From Trichosphaerium sp. ATCC 40318 (taxonomy: Eukaryota > Protista > Tubulinea): a stretch of DNA of 64,000 nt. Under the pieces are notes generated by a model that made no database searches, was not told the DNA's origin, and saw nothing but the letters and a program-made list of their open reading frames with translations. Positions 52,217 through 63,656 of the stretch are shown here, piece by piece. Position 1 is the first letter of the stretch; every line of letters begins with the position of its first letter. Location of the stretch: positions 1 to 64,000 of the forward strand of contig JALMLS010000232.1 of assembly GCA_038496445.1 (NCBI GenBank). Direction: 5' to 3'. Made by a program: the position numbers and the translations under genes.

Positions 52217-54395
52217 TTAGACAAGCTTGGCGACGTTGTACAAACCGACAGTAGAACCGACATGTTTACCCAACATTGAGCGCATAACAACAATAACATG
52301 ATCTTTTGTTGTCAAAAGCTTTCTGCTGATGGCAATCTTAACAGCCTTAACAACACGTTCCTGGACAAAAGAAGTTAGAAAAAAATTAGAGAAAAGATAG
52401 CAAAAAACTTACCTCAGTAGATTTGCATGTTGCGAGGGACTCATCTAAGACAGAGCGAACACCCCATAGCAAGTTAAGTTCATGAGCTGTTCTCTCATCA
52501 TATGTCATGGCGAGGATATCCAATGGAGGTCTGTATTTGGAAACCTAAAAGAAAAGTGTCAGAGGCGAACCAAAAAAGTGCTATAAAAATACAGAATCGT
52601 CTTAACACTCTAAACAATGCGTACCATTCTTGCTGTGTAAGCGGAAGGTGGGTTTGTGACAACAATAACCTTTCCTGTCCATCCAAGCTTTTCAAATTCA
52701 AGAGCAAAGTTGTAGGCACCGTGTGCTGCGGTTTCAGTGTATGATTGGAATTGAGATAGATAGTCAACTGATTTACGGTCTGGAATGTGCTTTTCGGCTT
52801 GTTCGATGATTTTGTCCATAACTGTAACAGCCTCAACTGGGTACTTACCTACAATTATTGATTAGAGAAGGCCCATTTCAGAAAAAAAAAACTCAATAAA
52901 ACGCGTACCAACAGAACTCTCTCCTGACAACATAACGGCGTCAGCACCGTCCAATACTGCGTTGTATACATCGTTGGCTTCAGCGCGTGTAGGACGTGGG
53001 TTTCCTGTCATAGATTCCAACATCTACAATGGCGTTAGCTGTTACCAAAGGCAAAACAATAAGAATAAAAACAACTTACTTGTGTAGCTACAATAACTGG
53101 TTTACCCAAAACATTACACTTGTGGCAAATAGTTTTTTGAGCAGTTGGGACTTCCCTGTATACATTGTTAGAGGCGTTTAATTAAAATAAAAAATAAAAA
53201 CGCAAAGCACGTACCAAGTTGGGATTTCTACACCCAAATCACCTCTGGCAACCATAGCACCATCAGTGGCTTCCAAAATAGCGTCCAAATTTGTCATTGC
53301 GACTGGTCTCTCCAATTTGGCGATAATCTACAAAAACGATTAATAATTTGTTGAGAATACCGCAAAGAGCACAATAGAAGCATACTTTGATATCTGTGTT
53401 TCCATGCTTCTTCAATTCAGCTCTTACGCGCTCAATATCTTCAGCACTGCCTACGAAAGAAGCAGCAAGGTATTCTGGGTTGAGCTTGGCGATAAACTCG
53501 AGGTCGACAACATCTTTTGGTGTAACGACATTGACGGACAAGTTACCTACGCGCACGTTAGTATCGCGTAGAGCACCCTTTTAGAGCGAAAAGCAAAAAC
53601 AATTTATAGCTCTACAAAAACAGAAAATAATAAAATGCGTACCACTTGGTATATTGCATCCTTTATGAGATGAGATCATTCCAGAGGAGTCTGCTACGCA
53701 GTGCAAGTACTCTGAGTCTTTCTTTTCAACGCGAAGTGTGATCAAGCCGTCGTTGATGTAGATAAGGTCGTCTTTATCCAAGTCCTAGTATTATTGTTAG
53801 CAATCTGGGCCGTAAGAATAAAAAGACGGACGGAAAAAGGAGAAATGGCGATTAAAAAAAGAGCTTGTGTTTGGTTAGTGTTGTTGCAATAGTACCTTTA
53901 GCATCTCGTCGTAGCGCACTTGAATGCATTCCTTTGTACCGATAACCTCTTTTGGAGTGACTTTAATCTTATCGCCAACGCTCACAAGGAAAGGCTCTTT
54001 GATGGAACCCTAGTAGAGACAATGAGACTTCAAACATAAAATTCCTTCCGTATCACAAAAAGTGTAAAAGTGACGTACGGTTCGGATCTTAGGCCCTTGG
54101 ATGTCACAAAGGATGGACACTTGGTGGTCGTACTTTTTGGACAACTTACGGACAATATCAAAAACAGCTTGGTGCTGTTCGTGCTTACCATGCGAAAAAT
54201 TCAATCGCACGATGTCCATACCAGCTCTAATCATAGCATCAAGCCTTTCTTCGCTATAATCGTTTAGTTATCTTCGTAAATCTCCAAACTAACGCCTCCG
54301 CGCGTTTATATAGTGGAAAAAAGCGGTACGTACGTGTTGGAAGCTGGCCCGAGGGTACATACGACTTTTGTCTTTACAAATCTATCAATATTCAT
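52217..54395 (-). CDS. pyk: Pyruvate kinase
   Basis: [68 protein letters not shown]. Confidence 0.96.
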
Positions 54396-54769
54396 GAGGT
54401 GAGTGTTATAGCAAGGGTACTGGGAACAAGAAGAGCAAGAAACAACCTTAACGCGTTCGTTGTTTAAGTCGCCAAAAAACTAGAAAACAATTGGGTTCGT
54501 CATTACTCTCAGTAAACTAATGTATTGACCAAAACACAAGGATGATAATGAATGAAACAAGAAACAATCAAAAATGTTACCATCAACAAAAAACTTTTCT
54601 ACAGTTGACAGACGAGCCACTTTTGTTAGTTTCCGTTTCGTTTTTTAATGCTGTTTACACAAAGGGTATTTACAAGGTCTACAGTCAATAGTCTGAGCAA
54701 TGGAATGGATCCAAGGCGCAAACAAAAATAAACACTCCACTGGCTGCCCAAATAACTGAAAAAAAAAAT

Positions 54770-56732
54770 TCAAGTAGGCGTTTGTACGTAGTGGCCCATG
54801 TATGATGCAAATGCCCTCAGCGTCGTTCGTCGTTCAATTTTTAACCAATCCAGCCGACGGGGAATAAACTCTATATCAGTGGAACCTAAACCTAGCTTCT
54901 GTGCGAACAAATCTTCTACAGTCATATTGACTGGTTTACGGTAGTGTCGGACCTCGCGGTTTGGTGACATGTAGGATATGGTGAGTTTGTCGGGGTGGAG
55001 ACGTGAGAAACGCATAAGGACATAGGTTTTGCCATTATTTTGTGTCGATATTTCCGATAGAATATGTTTTGAATGAATTGCATTGACCAAACCAACGAAA
55101 CCGTTGCACAGTGCGTATTTCTCGAGATTGCACGCGATTTTGCTGTAGGGTCCCCAGTGACAACACAGAAGGTGAAACTTATAAGGTGTTACCTAAAGAT
55201 CGTTAGTAAACTACACAGTTACAAAAAAAAAACTGTGAAGAGTCCACAAAACCTATGTTCCAGGGAGCAAACCAGTTTCGAAGGAAAAAAATAACGGAAA
55301 ATACTTAACGGCAAAGTTTTGCACGTTAGAGTGAAAAAGCCAAAAAACTTGGGCAAAAGAGGTAAAAAGATAAAGAGTTGAAAGTTAGGAAAGATGAGGG
55401 AAAGCGCGTAGATGTAAAAAAGCCGTATTAAAAACAACGACAAAAGGATAAATAAGGGGTCAGGTTGCGCAGCAAGATCGTTTAGCTAGCTTCGCATCAC
55501 ATTGTAGAAAAGCATTAAATGTGTAGTCTACGTATATTCACCGAATTAAAAACGCATTAAACGCGCTAGCAATACGATATTAAAGATAGAGAAGACGTAC
55601 CAAGTCGTCCCGTGGGAAGTTCACAAAAAACTTGAGGCTCGCTATGAGGTCTTCATAAGAAGCATCAATTTCTCTAGAATGGCTAGAAACAAGCGGTTGA
55701 ATGACTTGTGAGCAGAATTGATCAAATTTGACAAAGTAACGTCCTTGCCCAAATAATTCAGTCCACAAAAGCCTTGCTTGCTCATCAGCTATCAGCGTCG
55801 ATGGCTCGTGAAGTGTGTGATCGTCAGCCTCAATGAACATTCGCTTGAGTTGATCGTAGTAGCGCCTGAGCGTCAACTCGTAGATATCAAAGTTTGGCGA
55901 AATATCCATTTCATCACGCGCAATCTGCTCCAAAGTCGTTGTGGTGTCTTCTATATTACCTGAGAGAACTTGGACAAGTCGTTGGAAACACTGAGTAGTT
56001 TTAACCGGGTACTTGTTCCAAAGACTTTCAGGAGTAGATTTAGCCACTGACAAGAGCAACATCTCTGTGGCTTCAAGAGTCGCTTTTAAATATCCGATTC
56101 TAGCCTTTTGATTCGCCAGTGCCTTTGGACCTTTATCTGGTAATCTTGTGCTATACGTTTCGCGTCCTTCTTGACTGTTACGCATAGTCATCTCAATCTT
56201 ATCTTCCAGCGATCCGGTAATTTCCTTCGCTTTCCTTGCTCGGTACTGACAAAGACGTGCATCCATTTGAGCATGTTTACGGTAAAAAATATGTGCACTG
56301 ACACACTCTCTAAAGTTTAAAGAAACCCCACGGCATACAGCAAGGTCTCGTATATCTAAAAGAGAAAAAACACAAAGCTTAACATCATAGTAAAGTTCGT
56401 CGAAAAGATCAAATCTCCTCCACTCGTGACACTCTAAGAATAGGTTGTGAGTCATTAAGAAAAGTTTTGTTGCGTAACATTCGGAGATTCCGTTAACCTT
56501 CTGGTTCCGAAGGAAACAGGTTCAACGAATAAGCATTTAAAAGTAGCGTACGTGGTAGCGGTGATGGTATGACGCGTATGGCATCTGTTTTATTTAATAT
56601 AAAGCCACTTATGCGTTTACTACTAAAATCTTGTGTTTGGCGCTCAAGACTGTGTTGGCTTCTTGTTTGTCGTCGTAGTTGCTTTTCGTCGCTGTATGAG
56701 GTATCCTCTGTTGTATAACTTTCAATAGCCAT
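54770..56732 (-). CDS. F-box + Cbl-TKB-like (helical, EF-like, SH2-like) protein; start uncertain
   Basis: F-box FDELYYDVKLCVFSLLDIRDLAVCRGVS, then ARLLWTELFG..VKFDQF, VTPYKFHLLCCHWGP, GFVGLV..YVLMRFSRLHPDKLTISY. The upstream exon (56732-56497) splices in frame. Confidence 0.72.
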
Positions 56733-57790
56733 CTTTTCCTCTTGAGACAATGAACTTATTGCTAAATAAGAAAATCCAGTTAAAAACGTCAAGAGGTCAT
56801 TGACAGTTAATAAACGGCTTTATTTTGAACATTTTAAGGATGTTCAATAGAAGATGACGTGCCACAAACGGTATCTAACTCAACCACCATCCTTTCAATG
56901 TATGATTCAGATTGATTATCGTAAGTGCCACCTGAGGTTGTTGAGAATAGGGTATATAGCATTTGTGTAAAAGGGCGTGAAGCACTAAATACATAAACCG
57001 TGTTGGGCGGAAATAACGAAAAATGATTGACCGCCTGGTGTATTAAATACGTATACAAACGTCTTGCCTGTGTTTGATAGGTTGGCTATTTCCATTGGTG
57101 AATTTCTTTGTGTTGCTATATTATATTCTAGTGGGGAGCCTTTTGCTCGATAATAAGGTAAGTACAGTTAGATCTAGTAAAGAGGCGTATTTACCGTCGG
57201 AGAAGCCAAATGAAGGGCCAGAGGAGCTGCTTCTACACAGAATGTTTATATGTTCATGTTCAAGGTTCATACGAGGCCGTCACAGCGCGAACAGCATTAT
57301 TTGTGGATCAGTGAACAGTATTTAAGTTCAAGTTAAGTTTTGGTAACCTATTCGGTAGGAGTAAAGTTGTAACGAATTCATTTCGAACTTGTAAACTCAC
57401 GTATGTGTAACTCGGACAAAAATAAAAACTGCGCACAGCAACTCAATAACCTCAACACAAATTTTTCCCTTCTTGTATTTACTAGATAAGCTTGTAACGC
57501 GATATTAACGAATCCGAGTATTTTACAGTATTGACGGTTAACAGAACGTAACAGACGAACAAAAAACACGGTGGACATTCCATACGGTTCTTCGGGATTG
57601 GTTTTATCGCCAGTTGTTTGAAAATACTTACGATAAAGCAAAAAAATAGTGTAAGTCTTGAATTTCTCTTGGGAGGGTCTTTACTTGACTCATCATCTCG
57701 GCAATAATTTTACGATAACTTGCACGGGTGTTTATTTACCATAACGGTTCGTGAAGTAGCTTTATTGGTGTACAACCAAAACGTACAACC

Positions 57791-58856
57791 ATGTCGCTAT
57801 TGAGGGAGTTTGTGAGTTACAGTACTGTTTCTTTTGTTATCTCCGTAACTTAGACTGAGGACCAGCCTCCCAAAAAAGTCAGGCGTAGAAATCACGCTTT
57901 TTGGAGTTTCTGATATCTCGTTATGATACGTCAAAAAGGAGCTTTACATCCGTTTTCTTACAACACCTGAGAACACTAAGTAATCCTAGATCATTCCTAA
58001 AATTTTCGAACAAGATCGAACGTCAATGAACGCAAAACACGTAAAAGAGCTCGCATACGCTGCTCTAGATAAGAGTAAGAAAGAATATGATAGTTCAAAC
58101 GTTGAAGAAGAAGCGACAGAGAAAATCTTCTCAAGAGCCGCAAACATCTTTCTAACTGATATGATGAGAGAGGCTGCTATGCCAGAAGATAAAAGGATAG
58201 CTACAATAAACAAAAAGCTTAACTCTCTCGATGGTGAAGCTAAAAAACTGCTAGAACATCTAATCTTATCGTGGCATAACGGTTCTGTAGACGAGAACGG
58301 AAAAGACGCACCAGCGATAATGTCTTACAGATCTAAAGGTAAAACACATCAAATAGACGTAAAACAACTACGAAACTCTGAAGGAAAGCCAATAATACCG
58401 TTCAATGACTTGTATTCACGTGTTAATGAAGTAGTACCAAATGTTGTTTGGATTCTGGAAAAACTAAGAAAGAAAGGATTACTGAAACCTCATTATGTAT
58501 TTGGTGATACAAGGTTCATGCAAAGACTACGTAGAGTTGAAAATGGTAAGACACTTGCAGAGATAAGAGGAGGTGTTTTTGATGAAAGTGATTTGGTTTC
58601 TAATCTTGAAGAGAGCTATATAGAAGTAGTTGATTGGGATGACCTATGTCACGCTCTAGATGAGCTTCATAGTGGTAACAAAGAGCGTGAAGATAAAATT
58701 ATTGACCTGAATGAGAGATCTGGGCATTCTTTTGTTGATGTTAATGCTAAAGTAGCTTCGTTATCACAAGTTATACTACTGTCTGAGCTTAAAGAAGATG
58801 ATAATATTATAATGTTACTTGAGTATGCAAGAAAGATAGCGGAAGTAAAAAACTAA
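57791..58856 (+). CDS. Hypothetical protein
   Basis: Two short 5' exons (MSLLREF / TEDQPPKK) splice to a long open exon. No recognisable motif. Confidence 0.65.
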
Positions 58857-58895
58857 TAAAACTGTTGTAAGAAGACAAAAGTGAGTAGAGTAAAA

Positions 58896-60416
58896 CTTTA
58901 TTTTGCACATACAGAGTAGTACAAGAAATCAAGTTGGCAAACATGAGTTAAAAAAGAGAAATCAACGCTACTGGAGTCAAACTCTTTTAGTTTGTTGATC
59001 ACCATCTATCCACATGCGCTGTATTTTTAGTTGACCATTTTCATGCCATTCTTTATGTTCACCATGTTGTTTAGCATCGACCCATATGGACTGTGACTTT
59101 TGTTGTCCGTTCTCATACCATTCTGTAGTTTTACCATGCCGTTTATCATCTACCCACATGGAATGTTCCCTCTGTTGTCCATTCTCATACCATTCCTTAG
59201 TTTTGCCATTTAGTTTACCATCAGTCCACAACGAAAGTTCTTCAAGTTGTCCATTCTTGTACCATTCTCTATGTTCACCATGTTGTTTACCATGAATACA
59301 CATTACCTGATACTTTAGTTGACCATCTTCATACCATCGTCTACTTTCGCCATGGCGTTTATCATCAATAAACATTGTCTGAAACTTAAGTTGTCCATTT
59401 TCATACCATTCTCTACATTCACCATGGCGTTTATCATCAATAAACATTAGCTGAAGCTTAAGCTGTCCTTTTTCATACCATCCTCTACATTCACCATGGA
59501 TTTTACCACTGACCCACATGCATTGTGTCTGAAGTTGACCACTTGCATACCATTGTTTGTGTTCACCATGTTGCTTACCATTGATGATCGTATATGAGGT
59601 CTTCAATTGTCCGTTTGTATGCCATTCTTTACCAGGGCCATTCACTACATGGTGATGTAACTGAACCTTTCCACTTTTATACCATCGTATCCACATTCCT
59701 TTCTTTTGTAATGATTCATCATAATGAGTATTAATTGCAGCTCTCTTTGATAGAGTATGGAATTTTGTGAATGCTTCAATATTAAAAGTACAAATGTACA
59801 TCTGAAGCTCACGTGGAATATCCAATAAATTCATAGTACCCAATTTACTGGATTTTTTCCTCTTGGCTGTTAACTATTGAAATGTTAGAAGACTAATACT
59901 GAAAGGGTACTTGCAGGAGTTGATTTTTTTGACCCCTCGGAACACAAATAAAAATGTTACAAGACACAACATAAACAGTTACTGCACAAGGCTCCAAATG
60001 ATAAAAGGCTATCTTTGCTTGCTGTTTTGTGACAAAGGCGCCAAAACACGTGATTTCTGAGAAATAGAACACATGCGAAAACACGTCGCTGAATTTCGCG
60101 ACAAGGTGCCTGAAAGTGGGTTTTGAAACGTTGTTTTAACGTTTAATTAAAATCGCGGTATTTTCAGGTCAGCGAAAGCTTAAAACAAATTCTATTTTGT
60201 TTGAACAAGCTACTCCACTTGTAAGTTTGTTAATTTCAATGCAGCTAAACTAATTTTGTTTTACGTACCATAATTACTACTGGTCCTATTAGAATGCGTT
60301 CAATAAGAAGCAAGGCACTACGAGACACGAAAGTTGACCTCTAGCTGGTTGGCAGTGGTTGTCTCCGACTTGACTTTGACTCTCAAGAAACCTGTATTGT
60401 CTTTTTTTGAACGTTT
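58896..60416 (-). repeat. Inverted segmental duplication, copy B
   Basis: Reverse complement of 42896-44541. It begins at the Pol kappa stop codon. Confidence 0.92.
58977..59834 (-). CDS. F-box-like + MORN-variant repeat protein, copy B (intact ATG)
   Basis: MNLLDIPRELQMYI plus MORN-variant repeats. 72 aa shorter than copy A. Confidence 0.85.
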   Translation of the reverse strand: MNLLDIPRELQMYICTFNIEAFTKFHTLSKRAAINTHYDESLQKKGMWIRWYKSGKVQLHHHVVNGPGKEWHTNGQLKTSYTIINGKQHGEHKQWYASGQLQTQCMWVSGKIHGECRGWYEKGQLKLQLMFIDDKRHGECREWYENGQLKFQTMFIDDKRHGESRRWYEDGQLKYQVMCIHGKQHGEHREWYKNGQLEELSLWTDGKLNGKTKEWYENGQQREHSMWVDDKRHGKTTEWYENGQQKSQSIWVDAKQHGEHKEWHENGQLKIQRMWIDGDQQTKRV

Positions 60417-62943
60417 ATTCTGATATCAATGATTCATCATTGAAGCATTCAAGAGGGTTTTTAATTCTTGTACCTTCCTACCTGTTAACTTAGACTGCAA
60501 CTATCTTTATTCACAATTATTTACAACACAGCACCAACTTATTAATCCGAAAACAAAACTTGCGGAGGCTCAATCTTTCTTTTTACAAAAAAAGGATTCA
60601 ATCGTTCCCTTCTTATCCAGCTTACGCTTCTTAGGTGATACCTGTCCGTGCTGTGATTTACGCTAGATATAATAATAAGAATGGTGTTTTGTAAAATGAT
60701 CACGTGCCTTCAACGGTAACAGAGTAGTTCCAGACTTGTCAGATTTTGAAAAATAATCAGTTACCTTGACTTGTTTTCCAGGAGACTGTCGTATATCTAC
60801 ACTATGTACATCAATGAGCTTCGTCATTCGTATACCAAGACATCTAATATATATATCCTTATCAAGCTCTGTAATCTTTGTTGAAACAACATCTAACAGC
60901 TGTATTTCGTCATTTGTTGGAACAATAAAACTCTTTGATCTTCGAATTTTCTTAAAATTAGCTGTTTGCATTGTGACTTCTACCAACCGTCCCTAAACTC
61001 CTTGTCAAAAAATCAAACATGTATTTCAGTGTTAGTACCAGTTTCCCTTTGTTTACCATACTTTTCGATATATCAGCACAAATCTTCCTTGCTTGATCGA
61101 GTAAAAAAGATTTACGACAATCAGGGCTTGAAAAGGTTCTTTGTTTTCCAATGCTTTTACGTTCTTTGTAGTTGTGTCTTGTGCTTCCTAAACCAAGACA
61201 AGAACCCATGAATGATTCAAAACGCTTTTGTTTTGTAAATTTATAGAGATAATAGCGCTAAAAACAAGTTGTAAGCCCTTCAACAACAGCAGAAAGTATA
61301 AAAAGAAAAGAAAAATCCCTTGGTATTGTTGAAAAAAACATGTCGCGTTTTCCTACCTTGCCCCATAAATCGTTAAGTGTAAATACATTTAGGGTTTTCT
61401 CAAGTTGCTCATTTGTTACAGGACCTAGAATCGCGCCTTAGAAAGTCAAAGTCTTTTGTACAATCCAAAAAAGTTGAAAGATGAAAAAATCCGAAGTATG
61501 CTTACCTATACCAGGTACTTTTGCTAGTTTAAGGTTACGAACAAAGTTCTTGATAGAAACAACGTTATTGGATAAACAAAATAATCCATCAGGTTTCCCA
61601 TGTTCACAGCAAACTTTTGCCAAAAACTTGTTAACAGCTGTGCCTAGAATTAAAGCCTTTAGTCGCCTGTAGCTCTGCAAGAAGTTTTGTTAGACAGTGT
61701 TTCGTACCAACACTACAAGGAAGGTTTAGTTCTTCCTTAATATGCCTCTTTATATTGGTAGCAGCTCGCTTCGCACAAAGACCTTTTGAGTTCATGTACT
61801 AGTAAGAAAAAAATGAGAATTTTATCAAATGTTTGCTACAAGCAACACGTGCGTCTGTAATATCAACAGCAGCTTCATCTATAGATCTCATTTGTAGTTG
61901 TGGATCGTAGTTGCGTAATATATTACTAGTATAGATGTCAAAGGAAGTTAAAAGTAGAGTTTGACGAACCCAATCTGTACAGAAATCGCTTTGTATTTGT
62001 TGAAGCTACTTCCAACAAAGATAAGTTCTTTTCCAGCTTTTCTTACGAGTTCAGCACCAATAAATCCTATTATTAATGAGGTCATTAAAAGCGACAGGGT
62101 TTACATACCAGGCATAGCAGAGCGAACGCCATACTTTCTTGCCTCATAGTTTGCTGTTGATATCATTTTTCTACCGCCAACAGCAACAGGATGGTTCTAG
62201 TTTAACCAACAGTTAGTATGATAAACTACCAATTGTTTTTGATTGGCAATTGTACCTTAAGTTCAGGGTTATCACGTTCTTCTACAGAAGCAAAAAATGC
62301 ATCCATATCAAGATGAAGCCATCTTTAACAAGAAAAAGTTAAAAGTTCAATATTTCTTGCTTTTTTTTTCCTAGTACGTTTTGGACACATCACGTGATTC
62401 TTCTAATTTCTTGACCATCTCATCAACCACACGTTTATCATTTGATGTCACTCTCACATGAACAAGCCATTTTTTCAATGCTTCAATCTTTTCTTGGTTC
62501 TTTTTGTTCGCTTCTTGCTTAAACTCATAATACTTTGATCCCCTTGTCTGCTTCAAAATAGACTCATTAACAGAAGCGCTATCAACCTTTTCAAGCCCAC
62601 ACTTGTTGGTATTAAGCTTAAGAGAACGTGGCAGTGCTTGAGAACTAACTGGAGGCAAGATGGCCGATGACTGAGCTCTTGAAGACTGATCAATCACGGC
62701 GTCATTGGATTCATCTTCTGGTTTGTTTTCAATATGCTGCGAGTCAGCCAAGTCAAACTCCTCGTCATCATCGTCCAGATCTCCAAAATCCTCAAATACA
62801 TTCTGTGGTACAGGTGGCTCAACTGTCAGGTCAATAATAGTGTTTGAGGACTCGTGAGAAGTTAAGTCTATTTGGGTTGGTTTGATAAGCGTTTTCTTTG
62901 GTTCTGGTGAATTTAAAGGCATGTGAGGATGGTTTAGGCGCAT
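60415..62943 (-). CDS. POLK: DNA polymerase kappa (Y family, DinB)
   Basis: N-clasp GLEKVD..RGSKYY, HLDMDAFFASVE, STANYEARKYGVRSAMPG, SIDEA, KVPGIG, RKSIG, and a C-terminal NLS with PIP-like KGTIESFF. Confidence 0.93.
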
Positions 62944-63515
62944 GCTACTGTTTGTTAGTCTGCTTGATAGATTTTGTGGTTTTTGAGGAAAAACGTTAAA
63001 TGTAGAATGCTAGGATACGCTAATGAAGCGTTGTAGACGGTTTACAGCGACTTTTTAGGAGAAAATGATTGGGTAATAACTAATGTTATTGTTTTGGCAC
63101 CTGTACGTTGTAAATACTTGCCTTGTGTTGTTTGGGTGCGTTTGTAGAGACATGTGCACATGATTACCGTTATTTTCTAACCGCCGGTCCTATGCGAGAA
63201 TTAATAACTCTGTACTGATTTCTACGCGTGAATACACGCATTGCAGACTTTATGTCAAACGCGTACGCTTGTTTCGTCCATAATACAATTCAGCGTACTG
63301 TATGATACAACGGGGTACCTCTTATGCTTGTACACGCGTATGAGGAGTGCGAACAAACAATTTATAGCAATGTTATTGGAAAATTTTGACCAATGTAGAC
63401 TGTCTTATCAGTAATTCGTTGAAAAAGCAAAGCAAGAATAAAAACCGATCGCACCGTCCTATTGCCATTTGTCTTCCGGCGAGCCGATACCACGCTATGT
63501 GTCAGTATACAACAA

Positions 63516-63586
63516 GGGATTGTGGAGTAGGGGTAACTCGCTAGACTTTCAATCTAGAGCCAGGGGTTCGATTCCCCTCTTTCTCG
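63516..63586 (+). tRNA. tRNA with TTC (Glu) anticodon, atypical body; possibly a pseudo-tRNA
   Basis: D stem GAGT/ACTC. Anticodon stem CTAGA/TCTAG with loop CTTTCAA. T arm AGGGG-TTCGATT-CCCCT. Acceptor GGGATTG/CTTTCTC has two U:U mismatches. Confidence 0.75.
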
Positions 63587-63656
63587 AACAACATAAAGTC
63601 GTCATCATTGCACAAACATAATGTTGATGATATTTTTATTTAATTATGTACTGAGT

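Noticed and set aside
42896-60416. Inverted copies as TIRs of a giant transposon or Polinton
   Set aside because: The interior holds intron-rich housekeeping genes and no transposase, integrase, pPolB or capsid gene. The repeats are diverged gene duplicates.
63546-63552. Reading the tRNA loop as a TCA (Sec or opal suppressor) anticodon
   Set aside because: The 5-bp stem and 7-nt loop place TTC at positions 34-36, and there is no long variable arm.
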